Assembly (NCBI GenBank): GCA_045597865.1
Contig: JAZLKX010000052.1
Span: forward strand, 96,001-160,000
Length of the DNA stretch: 64,000 nt
Direction: 5' to 3'
Origin: Bacilli bacterium
Lineage (GTDB): Bacteria > Bacillota_I > Bacilli_A > RFN20 > CAG-826
Shown: positions 36,350 to 44,543 of the stretch, one piece after another
How positions within the stretch are numbered: position 1 is the first letter of the stretch
Layout of the letters: each line of letters begins with the position of its first letter
Notes under the pieces: generated by a model
The model's input: the letters and a program-made list of their open reading frames with translations, nothing else
Told to the model about the DNA's origin: nothing
Databases searched by the model: none
Translations under genes and position numbers: made by a program

Positions 36350-37159
36350 ATGCCATCAAGAGAAGAAAACATTAAGATTTTTAATGATACGCTTGCTAAG
36401 TGCAGTAAGACACTAAACGAATCCACAAGCAAGTGCATCGCTGAACAGAAGTTCTATATCAATGAACCTGTTCCTGAAACTGCTGACCGTTTTGAAGAAC
36501 CTGCTAAAGTTCTTGTCACAAAGAGCAGTTCATTTGACGCTGCAAGAAAATACAATAATGTTGCAGTTCTGAATTTTGCATCTGCGACTAATCCTGGCGG
36601 TGGCGTGGTAAAGGGTTCAGGAGCACAGGAAGAATGCTTATGCCGTTGTTCTAACTTGTATCTGGCACTTAGCTGTGATGAAGCGATGGAAAAATTCTAT
36701 ACGCCGCATCGTGAACATCTTGGTCCTTTGCATAATGATGACATCATTTACACACCGAATGTAACCATCATTAAGTCCGATGCTTACAACGGCTTGTACA
36801 AAAATCACAATGTAAATGTTATCACTTGCGCTGCACCTAACCTTCGTGAAAAACCAGGTAACGCATATAACCATGAGAACAGCAGCCGAAAGATAAAGAT
36901 TTCCGACAGCGCTTTGTTGGAATTGCATATTAAGCGCGCAAGAAAGATTCTAGCTGTTGCTGCTGCACACGGAAATGATCATATCATTCTTGGTGCATTT
37001 GGCTGCGGCGCATTCAGGAACTCACCTGTTATCGTCGCAGAAGCATATAAGCGCGTAATTCTTGAATTTCAACATAAGTTCAAGACCATTGAATTTGCTG
37101 TATACTGCCGTGATACTGAAACTGAAAACTATGATGTTTTTAAAACGGCGTTGACTTAA
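36350..37159 (+). CDS. bacterial-type PARG macrodomain (TIGR02452/DUF2263-like)
   Basis: VLNFASATNPGGG..GAQEE.LCR.S, IYTP, ITCAAP, ILGAFGCGAF. Confidence 0.9.
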   Translation: MPSREENIKIFNDTLAKCSKTLNESTSKCIAEQKFYINEPVPETADRFEEPAKVLVTKSSSFDAARKYNNVAVLNFASATNPGGGVVKGSGAQEECLCRCSNLYLALSCDEAMEKFYTPHREHLGPLHNDDIIYTPNVTIIKSDAYNGLYKNHNVNVITCAAPNLREKPGNAYNHENSSRKIKISDSALLELHIKRARKILAVAAAHGNDHIILGAFGCGAFRNSPVIVAEAYKRVILEFQHKFKTIEFAVYCRDTETENYDVFKTALT

Positions 37160-37160
37160 T

Positions 37161-37511
37161 ATGACTGATTACGAATTTACACAAATCATGCGGGACGCTG
37201 GATATGAAGTCACCGTACATTCTGCTACGATCTGGAAGTATAAAAAACTGCCAGATTGTTTTTGTTTAGAAGAAAACAAGAAAAAGGATTCTGCTAAACT
37301 TTACTTAGGCATTTATGTTCGTGATGAACCGTACTTGCTGCATAATTTCAAATATACATTTGAGAATATCTCAAAAATGAATTCTGTTGAGTTCAAGAAA
37401 CAGTTAAATGCTATGACTGAATATGCTTACAGTCTATACAAGGACATTAACCGTCACATTGACGCTTTAAGCAAGAAAATGGAAACTGCATCAAAAAGAC
37501 TAGGAATGTAA
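37161..37511 (+). CDS. hypothetical protein
   Basis: ORF, operon packing. Confidence 0.6.
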   Translation: MTDYEFTQIMRDAGYEVTVHSATIWKYKKLPDCFCLEENKKKDSAKLYLGIYVRDEPYLLHNFKYTFENISKMNSVEFKKQLNAMTEYAYSLYKDINRHIDALSKKMETASKRLGM

Positions 37512-37513
37512 CT

Positions 37514-37744
37514 ATGAAGCACATTTTAATTTTATTAGCCATGTTCTTATTCATTGGCTGCATGCACGAAACTCCAACCGTTGAAAACAGACCAAGTAAT
37601 AATGGATGGAAATTAGAGTATTTTCAAAAAGTAAAGATTCAAAATGAAGAATTATATGAATGCGTGTATGGTCGTGCTGTTGGATCTAGACGCGGAATAA
37701 CATTTACAATTTTAAGCAACACGGCATGTAAGGAAAAACTTTAG
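37514..37744 (+). CDS. putative lipoprotein
   Basis: MKHILILLAMFLFIG-C lipobox-like signal. Confidence 0.6.
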   Translation: MKHILILLAMFLFIGCMHETPTVENRPSNNGWKLEYFQKVKIQNEELYECVYGRAVGSRRGITFTILSNTACKEKL

Positions 37745-37754
37745 GAAGGTAATT

Positions 37755-37892
37755 ATGAATAAAGAATTCGTTGAAAAGTTCCTGAACAAACTTAAAGAAG
37801 ATGTGAAAACACTTAAACCCGGTTCTATGGAAGAAGCTTTGTGTAAAGCACAAATTGCAGAAGTATCTAAAGTATTGGCAAGTTTAAGATAA
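37755..37892 (+). CDS. small hypothetical protein (not in ORF track)
   Basis: GGAAGG RBS; MNKEFVEKF...SLR. Confidence 0.55.
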   Translation: MNKEFVEKFLNKLKEDVKTLKPGSMEEALCKAQIAEVSKVLASLR

Positions 37893-37905
37893 GGTTGATT
37901 TGATT

Positions 37906-38220
37906 ATGACCGAAGAAGAAATCATTGAAAGAGTAACACGGTATAAAGAATTGGTTGAACCATTGACTTCATCCGTCTTTAAAAAGGTTAAAGTTGAAGA
38001 TCTAAAATTTGGAAATCATCTTACTAAACCAGAATGTGATATGGTTGCATATCTGGTATTAGATGATGGTACTAAAAAATATCCTACTATTCTGTTTGGC
38101 GGATTTGAGGATGATCATTGGATAAAATGTGTTGTTAGAAAATCATTAGTTGTAGACGAGATTGTAACCGAACAAGATAATATGGTTGGATATTTCTTCG
38201 TTCATGCTATAGAGGAATAG
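37906..38220 (+). CDS. hypothetical protein
   Basis: AAGG RBS, ORF. Confidence 0.6.
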   Translation: MTEEEIIERVTRYKELVEPLTSSVFKKVKVEDLKFGNHLTKPECDMVAYLVLDDGTKKYPTILFGGFEDDHWIKCVVRKSLVVDEIVTEQDNMVGYFFVHAIEE

Positions 38221-38223
38221 AAT

Positions 38224-38400
38224 ATGAAACTTAAAGAATTGTTTGAACAGTTAAACAAAATCAAAGAATTGCATGGTGATAAAATGGATGTAATTCTGTA
38301 TGATAAGGAAAAGATTCATTATGTATACGCAAAACAGGTAAAATATTCTGAAGATGATGGTTACATGAGACCTGAAACTGTTTGGATTGAAGGAGAATAA
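38224..38400 (+). CDS. small hypothetical protein (not in ORF track)
   Basis: GAGG RBS; MKLKELFEQL...IEGE. Confidence 0.55.
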   Translation: MKLKELFEQLNKIKELHGDKMDVILYDKEKIHYVYAKQVKYSEDDGYMRPETVWIEGE

Positions 38401-38402
38401 AT

Positions 38403-38537
38403 ATGCGAGAATTTGGCACATTACTTGGAATTGCTGCAATTATTTTTTCTATATTCTTTGGTTCTCATTTGATATTACAAGATGAACTTGCTAAAGAAAA
38501 ACTAAAAACTGAATGTGTTTGTAAGGAGAATAAGTAA
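38403..38537 (+). CDS. small membrane protein (not in ORF track)
   Basis: AGGAG RBS; hydrophobic helix. Confidence 0.5.
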   Translation: MREFGTLLGIAAIIFSIFFGSHLILQDELAKEKLKTECVCKENK

Positions 38538-38792
38538 ATGATACTTTTGATTATACTTGGCTATTTTCTTATTGGTTTCATTATTGGTGTTACCATTTGT
38601 AAGATTAAAGGCAAGGACTGGTGCAGAGCTAGTACAGCATGTGGGTATGGAGTTGATGAGTTTAGTTGGAAAAATAATGCGGAATTCATAATGTTCTTTT
38701 CAACTTTTGCTTGGGTACTTTTTATAGTGTTCGGCCCATTGGTCTTTCTTATTCGTATTGTAGAATATACATCAAAGAAACTTCAAAAATAG
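38538..38792 (+). CDS. two-TM membrane protein
   Basis: AGGAG RBS; two hydrophobic segments. Confidence 0.65.
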   Translation: MILLIILGYFLIGFIIGVTICKIKGKDWCRASTACGYGVDEFSWKNNAEFIMFFSTFAWVLFIVFGPLVFLIRIVEYTSKKLQK

Positions 38793-38799
38793 AGGATAT

Positions 38800-39183
38800 A
38801 TGTGGCTGTTTAATAGAAGAAAGTGGATCTTGGTAATTGGATATTCAGATCCAGCACATCTATACACCGATATTAAATGCATCTCTAAAAATAGAGATGA
38901 CTGCATACATAAAGCTTGTAAAGAAGTATATGAATGGTATAAGCATAAGAAAGATGTTTTAGGTGGACGGTTAATCTATAATTATTTAGATTTACAACAA
39001 AAATCTGATATTGGAGATGAATGGTATATAATTAGAGCAAAACTTTATGAAGAATTGCTGCATTATACAGAAGAATTTCAAGACACAAATAATTTAGAAT
39101 TAACTTGGAAAAGTTTGCATTTAGAAATTTTTAAGATTTCTATTAGGATCTTTAGCTCAGAATCAGATTTTATCAAATTTTAA
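38800..39183 (+). CDS. hypothetical protein
   Basis: GAGG RBS. Confidence 0.6.
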   Translation: MWLFNRRKWILVIGYSDPAHLYTDIKCISKNRDDCIHKACKEVYEWYKHKKDVLGGRLIYNYLDLQQKSDIGDEWYIIRAKLYEELLHYTEEFQDTNNLELTWKSLHLEIFKISIRIFSSESDFIKF

Positions 39184-39193
39184 GGAGTAAGAT

Positions 39194-39415
39194 ATGGAAT
39201 TGCGAATCAAAGAATTAGGTATAAATAGATACACCGTTGAAGAAAAGAAGTTTCTATGTTGGATTCCTTTTTATGATACCATTGGTTATTGTTCTTTATG
39301 TGATGATATTGGTATGAATGAATACTGTAGAGATAATATTGGAAGAATGTTTTTCAATGATAAAAATAAATGTCAAGCCTATATAGATTTTGTTATGAAA
39401 TGTAGGAATCTTTAA
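39194..39415 (+). CDS. hypothetical protein
   Basis: AGGAG RBS. Confidence 0.6.
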   Translation: MELRIKELGINRYTVEEKKFLCWIPFYDTIGYCSLCDDIGMNEYCRDNIGRMFFNDKNKCQAYIDFVMKCRNL

Positions 39416-39430
39416 TAAGGAGAGTAAAAT

Positions 39431-39802
39431 ATGATTGGTGGAATTCTTGACCCGCATAGCTTGGAAAATTTTATAGCACCTATTGGGAATGACAGTAAAA
39501 CACCTATTGAAAAAGCAGTTCACGCTTTGTTAGTTCGTGAATTGTATCGTGATGGTAAGAAAGTTTTTTCAAAAGAACACATGCCAGATGATGAAGTCGT
39601 TGATTATTCATATCATAGAGTAATTGAAAGAAAAACTTGTGAACTACTTGACCTTGATTATGAAAAGACTTTGGTGAAAATTGTTGCTGATGATTTATGG
39701 TCTGTATTTCAATGGCAGAAAAGAGTAACCATTTTGGATTGGAAAGTTTCAATAAATGGTGATGTTGTCAATTATTCTATTCAGTATTTAGACGAGGAAT
39801 GA
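39431..39802 (+). CDS. hypothetical protein
   Basis: AGGAG RBS. Confidence 0.65.
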   Translation: MIGGILDPHSLENFIAPIGNDSKTPIEKAVHALLVRELYRDGKKVFSKEHMPDDEVVDYSYHRVIERKTCELLDLDYEKTLVKIVADDLWSVFQWQKRVTILDWKVSINGDVVNYSIQYLDEE

Positions 39803-39805
39803 ACT

Positions 39806-40147
39806 ATGAAATATGTGCAAATTGAAAAGTTTTGGAAAGTATGGGATAAAGACCCTGAATTGATGCTAGTAAATAAATCTGGAAGAGTGGTAAAAGTTGA
39901 TACTATCTATAATCGTGAATATTACGAACAAGAAATAAGAAATCAGCTTAAATTATTCAGATATTTGGCAAAACACAGTGAATCTGCAAAATGGTTACAA
40001 GTTAATTCACCAGAAGAAATACCAGATGATTTATTCAAAATAGTTCCTTATGATGAGCAAAAATGTATTGCTGATGGTATTATAAAAATTAAGACTGAAG
40101 AAGACTATAACAAATGCTTTTATCCTCGTGGAAAGGTAGAAAAATAA
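39806..40147 (+). CDS. hypothetical protein
   Basis: GAGG RBS. Confidence 0.6.
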   Translation: MKYVQIEKFWKVWDKDPELMLVNKSGRVVKVDTIYNREYYEQEIRNQLKLFRYLAKHSESAKWLQVNSPEEIPDDLFKIVPYDEQKCIADGIIKIKTEEDYNKCFYPRGKVEK

Positions 40148-40180
40148 AATTATTTTGGTCAAATGGAGGAGATTAAGTAA

Positions 40181-40543
40181 ATGAAAAATGAAGATGTGAA
40201 ATATACTTATGAAAACGATTGTTTAATGCTTTATAGAGAAGCAATGAATGATTGTATGAATAAACAGAATTTATTGTTTTTACCATGTAAGGTATCTGAA
40301 TATAATGAAAACACTCAAAAGTATTCTTTAAAGTTTAATGAAGAGTCAAGAACAAGTGATTCATTTAAACAACAATGTGAATTATTTGGAAAAGATGTTG
40401 TTGATAATATCATTGAAACTAAATTAAATGGAAAAACGATTTTTCAAGCTGAAGATTCTGATACAACTGATAAAATGATGGACGAAAACTTAAATCTAGC
40501 GCTATGGGAAATTTCTCGCAAAACAGATAAGGAAAAATTGTAA
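40181..40543 (+). CDS. hypothetical protein
   Basis: GGAGG RBS. Confidence 0.6.
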   Translation: MKNEDVKYTYENDCLMLYREAMNDCMNKQNLLFLPCKVSEYNENTQKYSLKFNEESRTSDSFKQQCELFGKDVVDNIIETKLNGKTIFQAEDSDTTDKMMDENLNLALWEISRKTDKEKL

Positions 40544-40544
40544 A

Positions 40545-40757
40545 ATGAAACACGGTGAAGTTGATTTTGGTAAAGTATTTCAAAAGCAATTAGATGATGC
40601 ACAATTTGCTAAAAACATTTTTGAATTTGGAAGAAAGTTTAGGATTGAAATTCGTGATGCATCTACATTAGAAGAACAGTATAATTTGTTAAAAGAAGAC
40701 TTTGAACGAGTTTATACTAATTTCAATTTTGAAGAAGAATGGCAAATGATTATTTAG
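40545..40757 (+). CDS. hypothetical protein
   Basis: ORF, operon packing. Confidence 0.55.
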   Translation: MKHGEVDFGKVFQKQLDDAQFAKNIFEFGRKFRIEIRDASTLEEQYNLLKEDFERVYTNFNFEEEWQMII

Positions 40758-40768
40758 GAATAATTAAA

Positions 40769-41020
40769 ATGAAAAAGTATGTTATTGTGTATTCACATGA
40801 AGAAGATCTTCCACGCCTTGTTGGCATTTGTTATTCTTTAGAAGTTGCCAAACAAAAGGCTGAAGAATTCATTGAAAAGGTAAAATCAGAATCAGGCTAT
40901 GAAGGTTTTCCTGAATGTTTTGTTCCGATTGAACCTGATGATATGAACGGCGAAGACGCTGTTGGATTCTGGTCTTGGAACTGCAATGAGCATTGTGTAT
41001 CAATTCACGAGGCTGAATAA
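40769..41020 (+). CDS. hypothetical protein
   Basis: AGGA RBS before ATG 40769. Confidence 0.6.
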   Translation: MKKYVIVYSHEEDLPRLVGICYSLEVAKQKAEEFIEKVKSESGYEGFPECFVPIEPDDMNGEDAVGFWSWNCNEHCVSIHEAE

Positions 41021-41041
41021 ATATGATCAGAGGAATAAAAT

Positions 41042-41383
41042 ATGAAAGTTGAAGCTTTTGAATTTAATGAAAACCAAGAATTGCCGGCATGGACACAATG
41101 TTTAGAAAATGTTGAACCAGTAAAATTGCCATTGCTGATTGATGAATTGGTCAAACATAAGATTTTTAATTCCAAATCTGAAGCAAGAAAAATGATTAAA
41201 GGCAACGGCGTTTCAATTTTTTCTACTTTTGACGGTCTTAGAAATATAAATGATGAACTAATGGAATCATTTAATGATAAACGCGCAATAGTTACTGATA
41301 CCGATGCCAGGTGGACGTTTATAGACGGCGATGTTATTAAAATTGGCAAAAGACGATTTATTAAAATTGTAGAAAAGGCGTAA
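41042..41383 (+). CDS. stand-alone S4-like RNA-binding domain (TyrRS C-terminal type)
   Basis: SKSEARKMIKGNGVS..., DGDVIKIGKRRFIKI. Confidence 0.8.
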   Translation: MKVEAFEFNENQELPAWTQCLENVEPVKLPLLIDELVKHKIFNSKSEARKMIKGNGVSIFSTFDGLRNINDELMESFNDKRAIVTDTDARWTFIDGDVIKIGKRRFIKIVEKA

Positions 41384-41418
41384 TGCATGGTATGACCCAT
41401 GATTGCGGAGTAAACAAA

Positions 41419-41691
41419 ATGAAAAGGTATTGGGAACTTGTAGTTGAGCGAAAAGATGTAATAGGTCCAGATAAATGGGTTTGGAAATCTGAAGAAAAAG
41501 ATAAAGCACTTAGAATTTTTGAAGCATATTTTAATACCGTTAAGCAGAGGTCTAAACAAATTTATGAAATAAAAGAACACTATATTAAAACTGATTATGG
41601 CTCTGTTACCTTAACTTATCGCACAGAAATTAAAGATACTTCAAAGCCAAACGGTTATGTATTTTGTCCTTATGTAAAATCTATATTTTAA
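41419..41691 (+). CDS. hypothetical protein
   Basis: GGAG RBS before ATG 41419. Confidence 0.55.
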   Translation: MKRYWELVVERKDVIGPDKWVWKSEEKDKALRIFEAYFNTVKQRSKQIYEIKEHYIKTDYGSVTLTYRTEIKDTSKPNGYVFCPYVKSIF

Positions 41692-41711
41692 TTATGTGAG
41701 GCTGAATAAAT

Positions 41712-41924
41712 ATGAAAACAACAAACTTAGAATTTGATGATCATAATAATCGCATTCATTGGATTGATGATAGAAACATTGAATGGAAATCGGTTTATGA
41801 TTATTCTGGTAAGTCAGTGGATGTTTGTATCTATTGGGCTAAGTTTCCGGCAGGTTTACTTTCAACGATGCCTGAAGGTGGTGTAAGAGAGTGGCCCATT
41901 GAATTTAAATCCAATAAGGAGTGA
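41712..41924 (+). CDS. hypothetical protein
   Basis: GAGG RBS. Confidence 0.55.
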   Translation: MKTTNLEFDDHNNRIHWIDDRNIEWKSVYDYSGKSVDVCIYWAKFPAGLLSTMPEGGVREWPIEFKSNKE

Positions 41925-41926
41925 TT

Positions 41927-42163
41927 ATGGACATTATCCTAAATGATGGTACTTTCGCAAGAAATGTTTCTGCTTGGGAATATGAACAGCTGAAAGCAAA
42001 AGGTTTGGTAGGAAAAATGAATACTAAGTAAGTAGCTAATGTACCAACTATAACGGAAGAACCAGCACCTGAACCAGGTGAAGCTGATTACTTTGATAAG
42101 CTTCGTAAGCTTTACCCAGGAATGACTATCACTGGTTGCACTGATCTTTGGTGGGCTAAATAA
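41927..42163 (+). pseudogene. small gene interrupted by an in-frame TAA at 42029-42031
   Basis: MDIILND...KMNTK*VANVPT...LWWAK*; AGGAG RBS; final stop overlaps the next ATG. Confidence 0.6.
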
Positions 42164-42381
42164 TGACAGTTAATGAATTGATTGACTCACTTTACTGTTA
42201 TGATGGCAATACAGAAGTTACAATCATTGAACAGAAAGGCAATGTAACTCGTTGGCGACCAATTGAACAAAAAGACTTTGAAACAATACCTTGTGGAAAT
42301 AAACGAGTTATGCGATTACACGCAAACATTGCATATGAAATTCATCCAGATCAAGAACCGCAACCTTTAACTTGTGGATAG
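42163..42381 (+). CDS. hypothetical protein
   Basis: MTVNELI..L common small-phage-protein start; resembles the 6613 ORF. Confidence 0.6.
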   Translation: MTVNELIDSLYCYDGNTEVTIIEQKGNVTRWRPIEQKDFETIPCGNKRVMRLHANIAYEIHPDQEPQPLTCG

Positions 42382-42384
42382 CTT

Positions 42385-42657
42385 ATGCCAATACAAGCCG
42401 AATTTACACACATATATGATACCGGCAGCTGGTGGGTTAATAACGTGAATGATGAACATGTTTTTCGTGCTTTACCGGAAAATGATAGCTATAAAAGACT
42501 AATACTGCCACATTTTAGCACTTATGATGCTCCTAATTATGTTTCAACACCAGATCGTTTAAACGAATTAAGTTTACCTACTAATAGCGACGGCAAAATA
42601 TCTTATTTTGATGAAATGAAATATCGTAACCGTGAATGCTGGGAGTTGGATAAATAA
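42385..42657 (+). CDS. hypothetical protein
   Basis: ORF. Confidence 0.55.
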   Translation: MPIQAEFTHIYDTGSWWVNNVNDEHVFRALPENDSYKRLILPHFSTYDAPNYVSTPDRLNELSLPTNSDGKISYFDEMKYRNRECWELDK

Positions 42658-42662
42658 TGTTG

Positions 42663-42699
42663 AACAGGGGTTTACATAGCCCCTGTTTTTTGTTATTTT
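42663..42699 (+). promoter_or_regulatory. terminator hairpin carrying a -35 box; promoter
   Basis: AACAGGGG-TTTACATAG-CCCCTGTT; TTTACA-17 bp-TATTTT. Confidence 0.7.
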
Positions 42700-42722
42700 A
42701 AAATCATAGAGGTTACTTAATA

Positions 42723-43136
42723 ATGAAACAGTACGATATTTGGAAATTTGAAATCACATTTGAAAATTGTGAAAATGTAGATGTAATTGCTTCTGCTGTT
42801 GAAGGTTTGTGTTTTAGACGAGTAGGTTCTCGTGCAAGTATGTGTTCATCATTGCATGGCATGCTTGTTGTAGAAGAAGACTATATTGATGATCTGTATA
42901 TCAAGATTGCTTTAGACAAAAAGGCAATTCGTCAACTTCGTCCGGATGTTTGGACAGAAGATCCTACAAAGCGACTTAAAGAATCTAATGATATTACACA
43001 TATCACAATTAACGATGAATATCTTGCTGTTCCTTATGAAGAACCAGAAGACAAACGATGGGTAAATAAGTTTCAGAAAATTGAAGTAACTGATACACAC
43101 ATCATTATCAGAATTTCAACAAAGCAGGCAGCATGA
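42723..43136 (+). CDS. hypothetical protein
   Basis: GAGG RBS; FENCE and NDITHI motifs. Confidence 0.7.
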   Translation: MKQYDIWKFEITFENCENVDVIASAVEGLCFRRVGSRASMCSSLHGMLVVEEDYIDDLYIKIALDKKAIRQLRPDVWTEDPTKRLKESNDITHITINDEYLAVPYEEPEDKRWVNKFQKIEVTDTHIIIRISTKQAA

Positions 43137-43285
43137 AAAAACAATATGAAAAACCAAAGATGAATGTTATTGAATTTACTTTCAAGTCAAGCCTTCTTGC
43201 GAGTTCTTCAGCTGGTCCTGAAGATGAATGCGAAAATCCGTGGTGGTGCGATAGGCAGCCGAGCGCTGATGATTGGTGGGGGTGA
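43133..43285 (+). CDS. 50-aa RiPP-precursor-like peptide (not in ORF track)
   Basis: MKKQYEKPKMNVIEFTFKSSLLASSSAGPEDECENPWWCDRQPSADDWWG; ATGA overlap upstream; fills the gap to the GNAT. Confidence 0.7.
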   Translation: MKKQYEKPKMNVIEFTFKSSLLASSSAGPEDECENPWWCDRQPSADDWWG

Positions 43286-43288
43286 ATA

Positions 43289-43822
43289 ATGCTTAAGATG
43301 GTTCCGTTGACAAAAGAACTGATTCCTGAAATCATTCGTGTATGGCAGGAAATCTTTCCTAATGAAACTTTATTCTTTGGATTTGATGGAATGAACTGTT
43401 TTGAATACTCTTTCGTTCCAGGTAACATCGGCAGCCATCGTTATTATCTTTATTATGATAATGATGAAGTCATTGGCATGTCAGGTTTCTATGATGAACC
43501 GAATGAAGATCAATGTGAAAGTGCATGGCTTAGCTGGTTCGGCGTTTTAGAAAAACATCGCGGAAAAGGATATGGACGAGAAATTCTAAAATGTTTTGAA
43601 ACTGAAGCAAAACTTGCAGGCTATGAATACTGCCGTATGTACACCGAAGACTCGCCATCAAACAAAGCAATTCAGTTTTATGAAAAGGCCGGGTATACTT
43701 TTGAAAAGTATAATGGCGCAGTTCCAAAAGACTGTAATGTTGACAAGATAACTGTTGGTAGTAAAGCTATTGACAGCTTACCATTGGTTCCTTGGAACAA
43801 CAGAGAAATCTATTTTGAATAA
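43289..43822 (+). CDS. GNAT-family acetyltransferase
   Basis: WFGVLEKHRGKGYG (motif A), NKAIQFYEKAGY (motif B). Confidence 0.9.
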   Translation: MLKMVPLTKELIPEIIRVWQEIFPNETLFFGFDGMNCFEYSFVPGNIGSHRYYLYYDNDEVIGMSGFYDEPNEDQCESAWLSWFGVLEKHRGKGYGREILKCFETEAKLAGYEYCRMYTEDSPSNKAIQFYEKAGYTFEKYNGAVPKDCNVDKITVGSKAIDSLPLVPWNNREIYFE

Positions 43823-43833
43823 CGGAGCTAACT

Positions 43834-44214
43834 ATGAGCATTCTAACTGATGTACTGAATGATATTCAGAAAACTATAAAAACTGATATGGAACCTATCT
43901 TTGATGTTCCAACACCAAAAGGTGGCAAGCATACATACAAGACAGAATTTCCTGAACTCGCAAAAGCGCTTGATGCAAATCCAAACATAGATGTTATAAC
44001 TGTATCAAATGTATCTTTTCATGACTGGGCTATTCATATGATTATGAAGTCTGGTGCTAAAGTCTGGATTGATGCCGGCGATGAATCATCAGCACGTACA
44101 TTCAACATGGCTGCGCCGTATTACATTGCAGTTGATGGACTAGGCGATGCTAATTGGTCAAAGAATGAAATTGAATATGAAGAAATGCTAAAGATCATTG
44201 GAGAATTAAAATGA
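43834..44214 (+). CDS. hypothetical protein
   Basis: GGAG RBS. Confidence 0.65.
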   Translation: MSILTDVLNDIQKTIKTDMEPIFDVPTPKGGKHTYKTEFPELAKALDANPNIDVITVSNVSFHDWAIHMIMKSGAKVWIDAGDESSARTFNMAAPYYIAVDGLGDANWSKNEIEYEEMLKIIGELK

Positions 44215-44390
44215 CGCTAACTTTTTATGTACAGTTCCCTGAAACTGATAAACATGTCTACCCGAAGCAGGGCGGCGGCTCAACAACTGACATCAAAGAA
44301 GCTATGATTTTTACTGAGGAAGAAGCCTGCTATTCACGAGCAAAAGAGTTTGCCGGCAAGTATAGTTTCCAATTTGTAAATCTGGGCTAA
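44211..44390 (+). CDS. small hypothetical protein (59 aa, not in ORF track)
   Basis: GGAG RBS, ATGA overlap; MTLTFYVQF...VNLG. Confidence 0.55.
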   Translation: MTLTFYVQFPETDKHVYPKQGGGSTTDIKEAMIFTEEEACYSRAKEFAGKYSFQFVNLG

Positions 44391-44491
44391 AACTGTAATT
44401 TTGTGTTTACTGTATAATTGTCCGTAATAAAGAATTTTAACACAACCACAGATGTTTTTCGTCAAAAACTGTAATAAAACTGCTTAAATTT
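44388..44491. repeat. ~105-bp intergenic repeat, copy 2 (inverted relative to 5423-5527)
   Basis: See copy 1. Confidence 0.9.
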
Positions 44492-44543
44492 CATAAATTT
44501 ATGATCTTATTTTTAGGATTTTGCAGCGAAGATTTGGTTTTGA

